IMG/VR virus record: IMGVR_UViG_3300021961_000020
Source: a virus
DNA length: 64,000 nucleotides
Reading direction: 5' to 3' (one strand)
Part shown: positions 25,960 through 35,762 of the stretch, piece after piece
Layout of the letters: every line of letters starts with the position of its first letter
How positions within the stretch are numbered: position 1 is the stretch's first letter
Position numbers and translations under genes: made by a program
Notes under the pieces: generated by a model
The model's input: the letters and a program-made list of their open reading frames with translations, nothing else
Databases searched by the model: none
Told to the model about the DNA's origin: nothing

Positions 25960-26684
25960 ACTTGATAAGATGAATTATCTTTGGCTAGGTGAATAATTTT
26001 TTGCTCGTAAGGATAGTTTGGAAAACATTCGGGGAATGCATAGTCAGGAGGTAGAGCATTAACCTCATCCTGATTTTCAATAAAGAATCTATTCAAATGA
26101 CTCTCATCATGCCATAAGGCAATTATACCATTTTCATAGTCTTTGTCAACTCTATCTCTCAAGAGTTTCATCATAGGAATTACAGACTCAATCCTACCTC
26201 CCCATAGACATCCTTGATAGTAAGACTGTTGTTCTCCAGTCACACATGCTTCAGATTCAAGACGCCGCTCAAAGGTCCCAGTTCCAGTATTGTAATGGCA
26301 TGGATGATGGACAGCAATATAATCTTTGCCGAACTTGAAGAATTCTTCAGGAGAAATTTCCTGATTGACTTTCATATCAGCATCAAGGAATAACAACCAA
26401 TCGTGCTCCTCCAACTCTTCTTGTGCTAACAAGATCGTATGGAACCTCTCTAAGGTAATAGAGGGCCATTCTTTATGAGGAATTTTCAGGACTGTTATAT
26501 GGTCAGGTAATGCATCCCCTACAATTTCACCATCGGTAAAGATAAAGTATTGCTTACGAAGTTCGGGAAACAAATATTTTTCACAAGACTCATAGTATCC
26601 AGGAAAAAAATTAAGATACTTATTAGTACCAATAAAAATTATTGCAACTGTTGCATTTTTCATACCACTTCCCAACCTTCGCAA
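25956..26684 (-). CDS. Glycosyltransferase family 6 (ABO-like alpha-1,3-Gal/GalNAc transferase)
   Basis: IFIGTNKY, FIFTD, FLDADM, YYQGCLWGG, WHDESHLN. Confidence 0.88.
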   Translation of the reverse strand: MRRLGSGMKNATVAIIFIGTNKYLNFFPGYYESCEKYLFPELRKQYFIFTDGEIVGDALPDHITVLKIPHKEWPSITLERFHTILLAQEELEEHDWLLFLDADMKVNQEISPEEFFKFGKDYIAVHHPCHYNTGTGTFERRLESEACVTGEQQSYYQGCLWGGRIESVIPMMKLLRDRVDKDYENGIIALWHDESHLNRFFIENQDEVNALPPDYAFPECFPNYPYEQKIIHLAKDNSSYQV

Positions 26685-27469
26685 TACAGATCTTTAGTGT
26701 CATTGATTTGATTCAGAGGAGGACCAAACCATTTAGATGGTGCGACTACTCTCTTGTTCGGATTAGTGCAGAGCCATGCTCCCCACCAACTAAAAGAACT
26801 ATTAGCAATAATAAAATCACTGCAGAGAGACATCATACAAAGATCAAGATACTGATCATTTGTTTCGGAAACTAAGAACCTGTCGTTATCGAACATTTCT
26901 TCTTGGAGGCACCACTCTGGATCATCAGAGAAAATAATCACTTCACGATTAGAGTCGAACCTTGCCAACGCTTCCTTATAGTAATTTATATCACAAATAG
27001 GATGGTGAGAATAATTGGCGTAGTCAGTACGACGAACATGTAATGCAATGGGATTAGTGACATCCGTAATCATCTTCTTACATGGTTCCAGATACTCATC
27101 CTTGAATTTAAAGTCAAGGAGAAGATCTTCTCTAATGTGCTTGAAGTATTTTTCTGACTGGAAGAAACCAAATATACTTACAAAGTCTGGACAATTGTTA
27201 AAGAGATTCTCATCAAACTCAAAAGACTCTTCCCTGACAATGGGACGATCTTGATCAATAGACTGAACCTGAAGAGCACTTAAACTTGAAAGTTCAAAGG
27301 GAACAAACAGTTGATGCTCATTCCATTCATCTGCTTTGTTCTTATAATTTGATGGGGGAACACAGTAGTTGAACCCCCGATTAGCAGCGATACCCTTTAC
27401 AGCAGCATACTGAAACATTTGATTGGCAAGACGCTCTTTCATCTTGCCGACATAGTTAATACCAATCAT
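26660..27469 (-). CDS. Glycosyltransferase family 11 (alpha-1,2-fucosyltransferase)
   Basis: RLANQMFQYA, GFFQSEKYF, LHVRRTDY, IFSDD, ANSSFSWWGAWL. Confidence 0.92.
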   Translation of the reverse strand: MIGINYVGKMKERLANQMFQYAAVKGIAANRGFNYCVPPSNYKNKADEWNEHQLFVPFELSSLSALQVQSIDQDRPIVREESFEFDENLFNNCPDFVSIFGFFQSEKYFKHIREDLLLDFKFKDEYLEPCKKMITDVTNPIALHVRRTDYANYSHHPICDINYYKEALARFDSNREVIIFSDDPEWCLQEEMFDNDRFLVSETNDQYLDLCMMSLCSDFIIANSSFSWWGAWLCTNPNKRVVAPSKWFGPPLNQINDTKDLYCEGWEVV

Positions 27470-28419
27470 CTCGTTTGAATATCAGTGTTTTCAATAAACC
27501 ACTTATAGGTTTCGCGTAGACCATCTTGAAGATTGTACTTTGGTTTCCAACCTTTATCTAAAAGTTTGGAGTAATCAAGAGGACGCTTGGGAGTGCCATC
27601 AGGTTTAGAAGTATCCCACTCAATTTTCCCTGTGTACCCAGTTACATTAGCGACCATGTTAGCAAGTTCTGCAATGGTCACATCTTCACCAGATCCAACA
27701 TTCAACAACTCTGCAGACTCGTAGTTCTCCATAGCGAAGAGACATGCGTCTGCAAGGTCATCAACATAGAGAAACTCACGACGAGGGGTGCCTGTGCCCC
27801 AGCAGGTCACTGGAGCGTCTCCTACGGTCCAGTTGTTGAACTTCTGGAGCATAGCAGGGATCACATGCCCGTTCATGGGGTGGAAGTTATCGTTAGGACC
27901 ATACAGATTGGCAGGCATCAGGGAGACACCCTTGAACCCGTACTGCTTGTAGTAAGACCTCAGCATGTAGATGCCATGGATCTTAGCAAGAGCATACGCA
28001 TCGTTGGTAGGCTCCAGTTCTCCAGACATCAGAGACTCTTCCTTTACAGGAGTCGGTGCAAACTTAGGGTAGATACATACGCTTCCAAGGAAAAGAAACT
28101 TTTGTACACCATGCTTCCAGGCATAGTGAATAAGGTTGGTTTGGATCTGAGTGTTCTGGTAGATAAACTCTGCCGAGTAAGTATCATTGGCATGGATACC
28201 ACCGACACGAGCAGCAGCATCAAACACATAGTCGATACCTTCAGACCTGAAGAACTTTTCGACAGCAAACTGATCCATAAGATCAAGCTCCTGCCGAGTT
28301 CTAGTAATGATGTTCTCATAACCTTCTTCTTGAAGACGGCGAACAATGGCAGATCCAACTAAACCACGATGACCAGCGACAAAAATTCTTGCGTGTTTCT
28401 GCATTGTTCTCAGTTTCAT
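27466..28419 (-). CDS. fcl: GDP-L-fucose synthase
   Basis: GHRGLVGSA, AARVGGIHAN, LGSVCIYPK, YALAK, NLYGPNDNF. Confidence 0.96.
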   Translation of the reverse strand: MKLRTMQKHARIFVAGHRGLVGSAIVRRLQEEGYENIITRTRQELDLMDQFAVEKFFRSEGIDYVFDAAARVGGIHANDTYSAEFIYQNTQIQTNLIHYAWKHGVQKFLFLGSVCIYPKFAPTPVKEESLMSGELEPTNDAYALAKIHGIYMLRSYYKQYGFKGVSLMPANLYGPNDNFHPMNGHVIPAMLQKFNNWTVGDAPVTCWGTGTPRREFLYVDDLADACLFAMENYESAELLNVGSGEDVTIAELANMVANVTGYTGKIEWDTSKPDGTPKRPLDYSKLLDKGWKPKYNLQDGLRETYKWFIENTDIQTR

Positions 28420-29666
28420 GGAATAATTACGACTTCAGGTTCGGGAAGTGGGAATAAGAACCGACGACCTTTAAACTTTTCATTCTTCAGGAAGAAATCT
28501 CTAAAGTGCCAGGGAAGAACAATATGAAGATCATATTCTTTTTCCAGCACACTCTCTTCGCTAGTAATAGGAATCCAAGTTCCAGGTGTAAAGGATCCGT
28601 CTTTGTCAGGATTAACATCACCAACAGCGGCAACATCTTTAGGACCAATCTCCCAGGTTTGCAGCGTTACATTTCCTTTAGTGCTGGCACCAAGGGCACA
28701 GATCTTAGAACCATTACGACGATAGAAGTCCATGATTTCCCAGAACTGTTTCTTACAGGCATTAATACGCTCTGCAAAAGCTTCCCAAGGTTCAACGGTA
28801 TCCAGTTTGTCTTCCAACTCTGAGGCAATAAGAGCAGTAAGTTTTACTGTACATTCCTTACGCTCACTGTTGGTAGAAGGAGTTACTACTACAGAGATAC
28901 TACCACCATTAACATCATTGAATTCAAAATCAACAATCTTGAATCCAGACTTATCCATGATGTACTTGAGTTGTCTCATACCATAGTAGGAGAGATGCTC
29001 ATGACATACTGTGTCAAACGAATTGACCCGCAGCATCGTTGGCATATAACTTTGCTCAAGCACCCAGATTCCGCGAGGATCAAGGATGTCATGGACCTGG
29101 CGGGCAAACTCGCAGGGATCTTCAAGGTCATAGAACATCGAGAACGATGTAACTACCTTTGCTTTCTGCTTACCGAACCGCTCACGATAAACATCGGAAG
29201 AGAAGAAGTCGGCAATATAATTTACATTCTCAGGAATGTAATCTCTAAACTTTTTCGAGGTGGGATCAATGCTCATGAGTTGCAGATCATGGGGGAAGAA
29301 CCCCAAGAAGGTGCCATCATTACCTGCAATATCAATTACGATATCGCCAGAGTTAAACTTGACATCACGCATAATCTTCTCTGCCTTTCCACGCAGGTGA
29401 CGAACCATGCTACCGTTCAGACCAGAACGATAACCATACTCTTCACCATACATGGTAGGAAGATCAAAGGTATGTTCTAGTTGAACATGACCACATCCAC
29501 CTTTAGACTCGTCACACTTGACGAGAGTGAGAGGACCTTTGTACATGTCCTCATCGATCTCTTTGGGAAAAATGCCAGAAAGATATTGATCACCAAGATC
29601 CAAGACTGTGATCAGGTGTTCATTACCACATACTCTGCACTTTTCAATTCTGTGAAATTTACTCAT
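28416..29666 (-). CDS. NDP-sugar C-methyltransferase family
   Basis: CRVCG...CGHVQL zinc site, [29 protein letters not shown]. Confidence 0.85.
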   Translation of the reverse strand: MSKFHRIEKCRVCGNEHLITVLDLGDQYLSGIFPKEIDEDMYKGPLTLVKCDESKGGCGHVQLEHTFDLPTMYGEEYGYRSGLNGSMVRHLRGKAEKIMRDVKFNSGDIVIDIAGNDGTFLGFFPHDLQLMSIDPTSKKFRDYIPENVNYIADFFSSDVYRERFGKQKAKVVTSFSMFYDLEDPCEFARQVHDILDPRGIWVLEQSYMPTMLRVNSFDTVCHEHLSYYGMRQLKYIMDKSGFKIVDFEFNDVNGGSISVVVTPSTNSERKECTVKLTALIASELEDKLDTVEPWEAFAERINACKKQFWEIMDFYRRNGSKICALGASTKGNVTLQTWEIGPKDVAAVGDVNPDKDGSFTPGTWIPITSEESVLEKEYDLHIVLPWHFRDFFLKNEKFKGRRFLFPLPEPEVVIIP

Positions 29667-30655
29667 TGTCCGTTAATACACATGTCTTCTACAAGATCTT
29701 GGAAACTATATTCTGGTTCCCATCCTAGCACAGTTTTTGCTTTTGTTGCATCCCCAAGTAGTTGCTCTACTTCTGTTGGGCGGTAGTATTTAGGGTCTAC
29801 GCGAACGATCACTCTGTTGAGATTCTTACAGAATCCAACTTCATCAAGACCCTCTCCACGCCACTCAATATTGAATCCAAAGTAAGATGCAGATTCGTTA
29901 ACAAACTCACGAACACTACGCATCTCACCTGTAGCAAGAACAAAATCATCAGGAGTTTCGTGCTGAACAATCATCCACATACCACGAACATAATCTAATG
30001 CATGTCCCCAATCACGCTGAGCATCCAGATTGCCTAGTTCTAGGACATCTTGGAGTCCACTAGAGATGCGTGAGAGTCCTCTCGTGATCTTACGGGTAAC
30101 GAAGGTTTCACCTCTCCGTGGGGACTCATGATTGAAAAGTATGCCATTGCTAGCATGGATACCATACGCTTCACGATAGTTCTTAACAATCCAATATGCA
30201 TACATCTTTGCTACACCATATGGTGAGCGAGGATAGAAAGGAGTGGTCTCTTTCTGAGGGACCTCTTGAACAAGTCCATACAGTTCGCTTGTGGATGCCT
30301 GATAGAACTTACAAGGATGTTCCAATAAACGAATAGCCTCTAGGAGACGCAGGGTTCCTAGAGCATCAACTTCTCCCGTATACTCAGGCATATCAAAAGA
30401 CACCTTTACATGACTCATGGCAGCAAGGTTATACACCTCAGTAGGTTTGATCTTTTGAATCAAACTCATGAGGTTACCTGCATCAGTCATGTCTCCATAA
30501 TGTTTATGGATTTTATTATAGATGTGATCAATACGATGCGTATTAATTAAAGAAGAACGGCGTACAATGCCGTGAACTTCATACCCCTTTTGGAGAAGAA
30601 ATTCGGCAAGGTACGAACCGTCCTGTCCTGTTATTCCTGTAATTAATGCTCTCAT
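29663..30655 (-). CDS. gmd: GDP-mannose 4,6-dehydratase
   Basis: [39 protein letters not shown]. Confidence 0.98.
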   Translation of the reverse strand: MRALITGITGQDGSYLAEFLLQKGYEVHGIVRRSSLINTHRIDHIYNKIHKHYGDMTDAGNLMSLIQKIKPTEVYNLAAMSHVKVSFDMPEYTGEVDALGTLRLLEAIRLLEHPCKFYQASTSELYGLVQEVPQKETTPFYPRSPYGVAKMYAYWIVKNYREAYGIHASNGILFNHESPRRGETFVTRKITRGLSRISSGLQDVLELGNLDAQRDWGHALDYVRGMWMIVQHETPDDFVLATGEMRSVREFVNESASYFGFNIEWRGEGLDEVGFCKNLNRVIVRVDPKYYRPTEVEQLLGDATKAKTVLGWEPEYSFQDLVEDMCINGQ

Positions 30656-30838
30656 TTAAACGATTTTGATATGATCTTCAGACATCAAATCTGCTGAAGA
30701 CTTGTCTGCAATATTACGAAGACCCAAATAGTGACGCCAAAGTTCTGACAGCGTATTGGTCTCTTCGTCGTTATTTAGTGCAGCGATCAAAGCGTCTTTG
30801 ACTGCATCAGCAGCGTTTTGATAATCAGTGTAAGTCAT
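30656..30838 (-). CDS. Small hypothetical
   Basis: ORF abutting gmd. Confidence 0.55.
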   Translation of the reverse strand: MTYTDYQNAADAVKDALIAALNNDEETNTLSELWRHYLGLRNIADKSSADLMSEDHIKIV

Positions 30839-30840
30839 AA

Positions 30841-31077
30841 TTAATCGTACTTGCGATAGGCACCCACTTCGGGGTCAGGGTCTAACCATTTGGTGTATTC
30901 TTTGTCTTCGATAGCAAGATGAAGTTGCATCTCATTATCGCAAAGATACATGTCATTGTAACGCTTGGTCCATTCGTGATACTTTTGAATGCGGCAATCA
31001 GGTTTACCGTTGATTTCTAAAGTACCACAGGTTACATAACGGTAAGGATACCGCTCAAGAATCACATTCGGTTTCAT
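30841..31077 (-). CDS. Conserved cyanophage hypothetical
   Basis: MKPNVILERYPYRYV...KWLDPDPEV; start moved to 31077. Confidence 0.6.
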   Translation of the reverse strand: MKPNVILERYPYRYVTCGTLEINGKPDCRIQKYHEWTKRYNDMYLCDNEMQLHLAIEDKEYTKWLDPDPEVGAYRKYD

Positions 31078-31291
31078 CGATAACACCTTCTTCAAGGAGA
31101 TCAGCATAGAGACAGTCTAGCAGAATCTCGTAATCATCACAAGGATCGTTCATGAATTGAACGCCTTTTTCTTCGTAGTATTTGGTTACCTTACGGAAGA
31201 CCTTAGGATACTGATGGTCAAGAGCAACTTGCCCCTCAACAGTGCCACGAAGGATGTTGATATGCTTTTTGAACTTAGTGGTGACAGACAT
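31055..31291 (-). CDS. Conserved cyanophage hypothetical
   Basis: MSVTTKFKKH...DPCDDYEILLD. Confidence 0.6.
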   Translation of the reverse strand: MSVTTKFKKHINILRGTVEGQVALDHQYPKVFRKVTKYYEEKGVQFMNDPCDDYEILLDCLYADLLEEGVIDETECDS

Positions 31292-31508
31292 CGTTCTGTT
31301 TGTTTACCTTGTTATTATACTCCACCTGATCGCTTTTGGGAAGTTCAGGTGGACGGTCGTTCCAGTGTCTGATGGCATTGGCGACGATCGCAATATTAGT
31401 TATGAAATAAGAGATAAAAATAAGGGTGCGGATAACCGCAACCCTATCAGACTCTTTATTATCTCCTGTTGCTTTCTCTCCTAAAGCTTTACACCAAAGT
31501 CTCCACAT
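31275..31508 (-). CDS. Small membrane hypothetical
   Basis: MWRLWCKALGEKA...hydrophobic segment...IRHW. Confidence 0.55.
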   Translation of the reverse strand: MWRLWCKALGEKATGDNKESDRVAVIRTLIFISYFITNIAIVANAIRHWNDRPPELPKSDQVEYNNKVNKQNDVCHH

Positions 31509-31731
31509 TAGATTTTTTAGATGATGCCAACGAGTTGCGAGGAACCTTGGACTTGAATTCGTCTTTCAAATTATACTGTATTTCGTAGTTCTCAGTCAAG
31601 ACATAATAACCAGTGAGATCTTTACCATTGTCAGTCCACCCATAAGAGATAACCCGTTCGTTTACATCACGAAGATCAATCTTTTTATCGGTATTGAGAT
31701 AGTGATTAAAACGCTGGTGAAGGTTGATCAT
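31489..31731 (-). CDS. Hypothetical
   Basis: ORF in a tightly overlapping small-gene run. Confidence 0.55.
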   Translation of the reverse strand: MINLHQRFNHYLNTDKKIDLRDVNERVISYGWTDNGKDLTGYYVLTENYEIQYNLKDEFKSKVPRNSLASSKKSNVETLV

Positions 31732-31976
31732 CGTGTTTCGAAGTTGAGTTTACGAACTTTGCGCTTGCGTCTGTTCTCTTGGTATTCTAAGTCGCCCTTG
31801 GACAAAACGCTAGAACTCTTAAGACTGTTTTCAGAATTGACCAATACGACTTTACTTAAGTCAGCAGCAGAAACTTTATCCCCGATTACTGTGGTCATGT
31901 TCTCGCATCCACAGCACTGAGTTTTGTTCGAGCTGATCAATTCTAGATTGCACATTTTGCATCTGACAGATAACAT
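31728..31976 (-). CDS. Small Zn-ribbon-like protein
   Basis: CKMC...CCGC; SD AAGAGG upstream. Confidence 0.6.
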   Translation of the reverse strand: MLSVRCKMCNLELISSNKTQCCGCENMTTVIGDKVSAADLSKVVLVNSENSLKSSSVLSKGDLEYQENRRKRKVRKLNFETR

Positions 31977-32033
31977 AATCTAACCTCTTTTTAATATCTT
32001 CCAAATCTAATTGGATAGATTTTTTTAATTTCA

Positions 32034-32105
32034 TGGGAAATACTGGATTCGAACCAGTGACTTATTGCTTGTAAGGCAACCACTCTACCGCTGAGTTAAT
32101 CTCCC
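32034..32105 (-). tRNA. trnV: tRNA-Val(UAC)
   Basis: GGGAGAT acceptor, CT-TAC-AA loop, GGTTCGAATCC; no encoded CCA. Confidence 0.95.
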
Positions 32106-32182
32106 TGGCGACTCAGGAGGGACTTGAACCCCCGACCAACTGCTTAGAAGGCAGATGCTCTATCCAACTGAGCTACTGAGTC
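32106..32182 (-). tRNA. trnR: tRNA-Arg(UCU)
   Basis: GACTCAG/CTGAGTC, CT-TCT-AA loop, encoded CCA; first bases overlap the upstream TGA stop. Confidence 0.95.
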
Positions 32183-32780
32183 ACGAAAACATAAAAGTGT
32201 AATTAACTCTTCGATTTCCAGAACCATGTTTCATTGAAACTTTATTGGTTTCATGGAAGTATTTAGAGTTAAATATAAGAAGACGATTACACGCATAAGG
32301 AATAATCGTCTTCTTAGAGTTAGTGTACTCTAGATATTTCCTAATCAACTTGACATCCGTATTATACTCGCGCCAGGTCCATGTCGGAGGCGGTTTAATA
32401 TCATAAAGAATTAAACCGTTTTTCTCTGGATCTTCTACAGAAGAATCTGGAGTGACCCAGAGATTCACATTATAGCATGCTGGATCAGCATGCGGGGTAA
32501 CGCCGTTGGCGTTGTTGTCGTAAACGAATGCCCAACCTCTGTCAAAACGACCGAGGAATGGGAACCTCGTTTCCAACCCTGTAATTATAGCAGATAGAAG
32601 GGGATGCCGCAAGCGGTCTGGAGAGAAGTTAAGTGAGTAATAGTCTTCGTAGATATCATCTGGATCATCTGCATTGAGAGCATACTCACGCAAGTCATCA
32701 ATAACATCTGGCAGAAACAAATTATCTACCACATGATACCTTTCCTCTTCAATTATTTTCTTTACGGTATTTGAATGCAT
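32181..32780 (-). CDS. 2OG-Fe(II) oxygenase-like
   Basis: TPHADP, NVNLWVT, LIFNSKYFHET, RRVNYTF. Confidence 0.75.
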   Translation of the reverse strand: MHSNTVKKIIEEERYHVVDNLFLPDVIDDLREYALNADDPDDIYEDYYSLNFSPDRLRHPLLSAIITGLETRFPFLGRFDRGWAFVYDNNANGVTPHADPACYNVNLWVTPDSSVEDPEKNGLILYDIKPPPTWTWREYNTDVKLIRKYLEYTNSKKTIIPYACNRLLIFNSKYFHETNKVSMKHGSGNRRVNYTFMFS

Positions 32781-33279
32781 ATGTAAAACGATGTTCAGAA
32801 ACTAAAGGAGTTGCTCTATGCAATACCCAAGAAGTAAATTTAACAAGAGTATTTGGAATTGGAGGAATAGCAATGATCTTTTGATCTAGATAGAATTCTG
32901 TAGTTCCCCCATCATTTAGTCCATTATACATTTTATTTGCATAAAAAAGAATTGTAATTTGATCTTCATCATCTTCACAATCTTGATGAAAGTTTGCTAT
33001 TTCTCTAGGAGCAAAACAATTAATATATGCTCTGTATAATTCGTAACTTTCAAGTTCTGGAAACTTATCAAGAACGATACCATTTAGAATGTCAACAATT
33101 TCTGTATCTTGTTCACAATCTGGATCCAACTCAGAAACTAATCCAGTTGGTTTAAATTTTTCCTCGTCCGTCTCTCCATAAGTATAAGAAGCATTGTAAG
33201 CAAAATTGGATACTTCTCTAAAATCTTCAGGAGATAAAGCTTTATCCACTGCAAGAATGCTTGGTCTTTGTTTTGTCAT
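32749..33279 (-). CDS. 2OG-Fe(II) oxygenase
   Basis: RAYINCF, FHQD, GGTTEF, LHRA, RFTYAF. Confidence 0.85.
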   Translation of the reverse strand: MTKQRPSILAVDKALSPEDFREVSNFAYNASYTYGETDEEKFKPTGLVSELDPDCEQDTEIVDILNGIVLDKFPELESYELYRAYINCFAPREIANFHQDCEDDEDQITILFYANKMYNGLNDGGTTEFYLDQKIIAIPPIPNTLVKFTSWVLHRATPLVSEHRFTYAFKYRKENN

Positions 33280-33287
33280 ATTAAATA

Positions 33288-33359
33288 AGCGGGGTATCGG
33301 AATCGAACCGACGACATCTAACTTGGAAGGATAGCGTTCTACCGCTGAACTAACCCCGC
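33288..33359 (-). tRNA. trnG: tRNA-Gly(UCC)
   Basis: GCGGGGT/ACCCCGC, CT-TCC-AA loop; TGTGCTATAAT promoter at 33369-33379. Confidence 0.93.
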
Positions 33360-33369
33360 GATAGATACA

Positions 33370-33936
33370 TTATAGCACATCTTCTAACTTTCTGACGCGC
33401 CAGACCACAGTATATCTATACACATAAGGATGGCGTGGTCCTAGACCCCTGTGAGGAATTTCAGACGGGAAGATAAGAACTCTACCAGGAACATATTCAT
33501 GTTCCTCTATAACTTCATTGTCTTCATTTACAATTTGAAATTGACCACCCCATTCTTTAGAGTCCCATTTAGTATTCACCATATACATGATGGTGTAATC
33601 TCCAGGATCTCCATCAACATGGGATGTACCATCACAAAAAGAGTGTTGTAGGTTGAAATCGATTCTATTTAAAAGAAGAGGAAAGTCAACCTGCTCCTCA
33701 ATATGAGCGAACATATTAAAGAAACACTCACACTTGGGAGTCCAGTTAACTATATGATTGATCGAACTTCTTTCAAAAAGATTTTCACCAAATAATTTAT
33801 GAGTGCCATGTTGCCCTGCAGGATAACCAGTACCGTTTGCCTCATTGATAGCAGTTACAGGAAGATGGAGCATAGTCTTCTCAACCTGCACCATATAGTC
33901 ATAATCAAAAAGGTTATCTAAAATTTGAGCAATCAT
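33370..33936 (-). CDS. 2OG-Fe(II) oxygenase
   Basis: SHVD, TIMYMVN, WGGQF, IFPSEIPHRG, RYTVVW. Confidence 0.85.
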   Translation of the reverse strand: MIAQILDNLFDYDYMVQVEKTMLHLPVTAINEANGTGYPAGQHGTHKLFGENLFERSSINHIVNWTPKCECFFNMFAHIEEQVDFPLLLNRIDFNLQHSFCDGTSHVDGDPGDYTIMYMVNTKWDSKEWGGQFQIVNEDNEVIEEHEYVPGRVLIFPSEIPHRGLGPRHPYVYRYTVVWRVRKLEDVL

Positions 33937-34250
33937 TAATCACGCTGTCTCCAGTCATCAGGTTTATCTCTTTGGAACCAATCTACAATTTCATCTGCAG
34001 ATTTAAACCCCGTACTATGGTTGGATGGGTCGGGGTCTCCTAGTCCCATCCTATTCATAAAATCATCCATACTTCCTTCTTGAATATCTCCCGCTGCTTG
34101 GCGTCGTGCTTTGTTTAACCAGTCTCTTGCAGTTGTATATGACTTGGCAAGTTTCTCTGCCCAAATCATATCCTCAAGATTCACCTCTTCTTTGTTTGAT
34201 ATCTTCTTACAGATACCTTCAAGACGAAGACGATACTGTGTTGACAGCAT
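33936..34250 (-). CDS. Conserved cyanobacterial/cyanophage hypothetical
   Basis: MLSTQYRLRLEGIC...FQRDKPDDWRQRD; TAAATA at 34275-34280. Confidence 0.65.
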   Translation of the reverse strand: MLSTQYRLRLEGICKKISNKEEVNLEDMIWAEKLAKSYTTARDWLNKARRQAAGDIQEGSMDDFMNRMGLGDPDPSNHSTGFKSADEIVDWFQRDKPDDWRQRD

Positions 34251-34283
34251 ACCAGATATGTCCAATCTTTCTAGTATTTAGGA

Positions 34284-34928
34284 CTATATCTGTATCCATT
34301 TGGACGGAGAGGTAACAACATTTTCATACTGGTCGTCTACATTTTCTGTAGATGTTACAAAAATATCGTACACAATAGATGCTCTAAACTGTTCACCATA
34401 AAAATCTGTGACTCCATGGAGCATAGAAGAAGGAAAGATGATTAAGTCTCCTACTTGAGGATCGATTTTATAATATGAGTATTCATCTCTCAAAGTTACA
34501 GGCATAGAATCTAAAACTCCAAGATTACTGAATGCTAGTTCTCCGCCTTCTCCTTCTGTTCTAAGATAATAAACAGCACTAAAGTGTGACCCTCTATGAG
34601 TGTGGTGAGAAGTTTTTCCCTCCTGAGAATTACAGACTGTAGTCCATGCCTTTTGAACAAAGATATTATATTCTAAATCAGAGATTTGACTTAGATAGTC
34701 TTTCATTGATTGTGAGATTACATAGTTCAACCAGTAAAACTCTTTATTGTGCTGAAGAAGAAAGAACTTTGGTATATCTTGATCTCCAGTTAGTCCACCG
34801 TAACCTTCAATATCTTTCTGGTTTTTGTAGTAAAACTCCTCAGCATATCTCATCATACCTTCCATAATATTAGAAGGACAATCAAAATGAGTATGATAAA
34901 TTGGAATTGAAAATAAGTTTTTGATCAT
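34284..34928 (-). CDS. 2OG-Fe(II) oxygenase-like (TIGR02466 type)
   Basis: AWTTV, HHTH, SAVYYL, IFPSSMLHGV. Confidence 0.85.
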   Translation of the reverse strand: MIKNLFSIPIYHTHFDCPSNIMEGMMRYAEEFYYKNQKDIEGYGGLTGDQDIPKFFLLQHNKEFYWLNYVISQSMKDYLSQISDLEYNIFVQKAWTTVCNSQEGKTSHHTHRGSHFSAVYYLRTEGEGGELAFSNLGVLDSMPVTLRDEYSYYKIDPQVGDLIIFPSSMLHGVTDFYGEQFRASIVYDIFVTSTENVDDQYENVVTSPSKWIQI

Positions 34929-34930
34929 AA

Positions 34931-35017
34931 CGGAGAGTTAGGGATTTGAACCCTAGATGAAGTTACCCCCATACAGCATTTCCAGTGCTGCTCCTTAAAC
35001 CACTCGGACAACTCTCC
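34931..35017 (-). tRNA. trnS: tRNA-Ser(GGA)
   Basis: GGAGAGT acceptor, CT-GGA-AA loop, long variable arm. Confidence 0.93.
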
Positions 35018-35019
35018 AA

Positions 35020-35091
35020 CTCCCCTGGCAAGATTCGAACTTGCGACCCATTGATTAACAGTCAACTGCGCTACCGCTGCGCCACAGAGGA
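35020..35091 (-). tRNA. trnN: tRNA-Asn(GUU)
   Basis: TCCTCTG acceptor, CT-GTT-AA loop. Confidence 0.93.
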
Positions 35092-35098
35092 ATGAAGG

Positions 35099-35170
35099 AG
35101 CCACATGTCAGATTCGAACTGACGACCTACCGCTTACAAGGCGGTTGCTCTACCACTGAGCTAAAATGGC
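35099..35170 (-). tRNA. trnT: tRNA-Thr(UGU)
   Basis: GCCATTT/ATGTGGC (one U-U pair), CT-TGT-AA loop; AATAAATA at 35179-35186. Confidence 0.9.
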
Positions 35171-35181
35171 GTGTGTGATAT

Positions 35182-35676
35182 TTATTTGTTGAAATAATCC
35201 TTTCGGTAGTATCTACCGAGGATATTACTATTGTAGTATGCAGGAGTGCCATCTGTCAAGGCACTCGTCAACACATCATGAAGAAATAATTGACGAGTCT
35301 CCTCGTAGTTTACCCTTCCTGGGGTTCCGTGGAGAGAAAGAATTTCTCGTGAAAATCCATCCCTACCGCTTTGCCTAATATCTTCTTTAAGCTCTGGACA
35401 ACTTCCGTAGTATTTCTTCCAGTCACTTTCAATCGTAACTCTTCTTTGTCTATTACTACTGCTAGTTCTAGGCTTTCGTTTTGACCAGAAGTACTTCCTA
35501 CCAATGTAGGATTTTCCCGTTGCATTATTTGTAATCCTGTAGACAAAACCGAAGTTGTCGCCAATGTCATCAGACTCAAAGTGGTGACCATCGTACATCC
35601 AAGGGTTAGGATAGGAGCATGAGCCAGAAGAAGCTCCCCCTTCGCCCTCATTTTTTCTCTCAAGGTCGTCATTCAA
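35182..35676 (-). CDS. GIY-YIG endonuclease-like protein
   Basis: GFVYRITN...KSYIGRK, YYGS, conserved E, YYN; true start uncertain. Confidence 0.8.
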   Translation of the reverse strand: MNDDLERKNEGEGGASSGSCSYPNPWMYDGHHFESDDIGDNFGFVYRITNNATGKSYIGRKYFWSKRKPRTSSSNRQRRVTIESDWKKYYGSCPELKEDIRQSGRDGFSREILSLHGTPGRVNYEETRQLFLHDVLTSALTDGTPAYYNSNILGRYYRKDYFNK

Positions 35677-35733
35677 ATGAATTTCAAAGAACTCTAAGGT
35701 ATATAGAAGATCTAGATCAACCCTAGCAAAGCG

Positions 35734-35762
35734 ATTCTACTCATAAAAAAGAATCTTGTCAA
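35734..35762 (-). promoter_or_regulatory. Sigma70 promoter TTGACA-N17-TAGAAT
   Basis: The -35 at 35757-35762 contains the upstream gene's TGA stop; -10 at 35734-35739. Confidence 0.75.
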
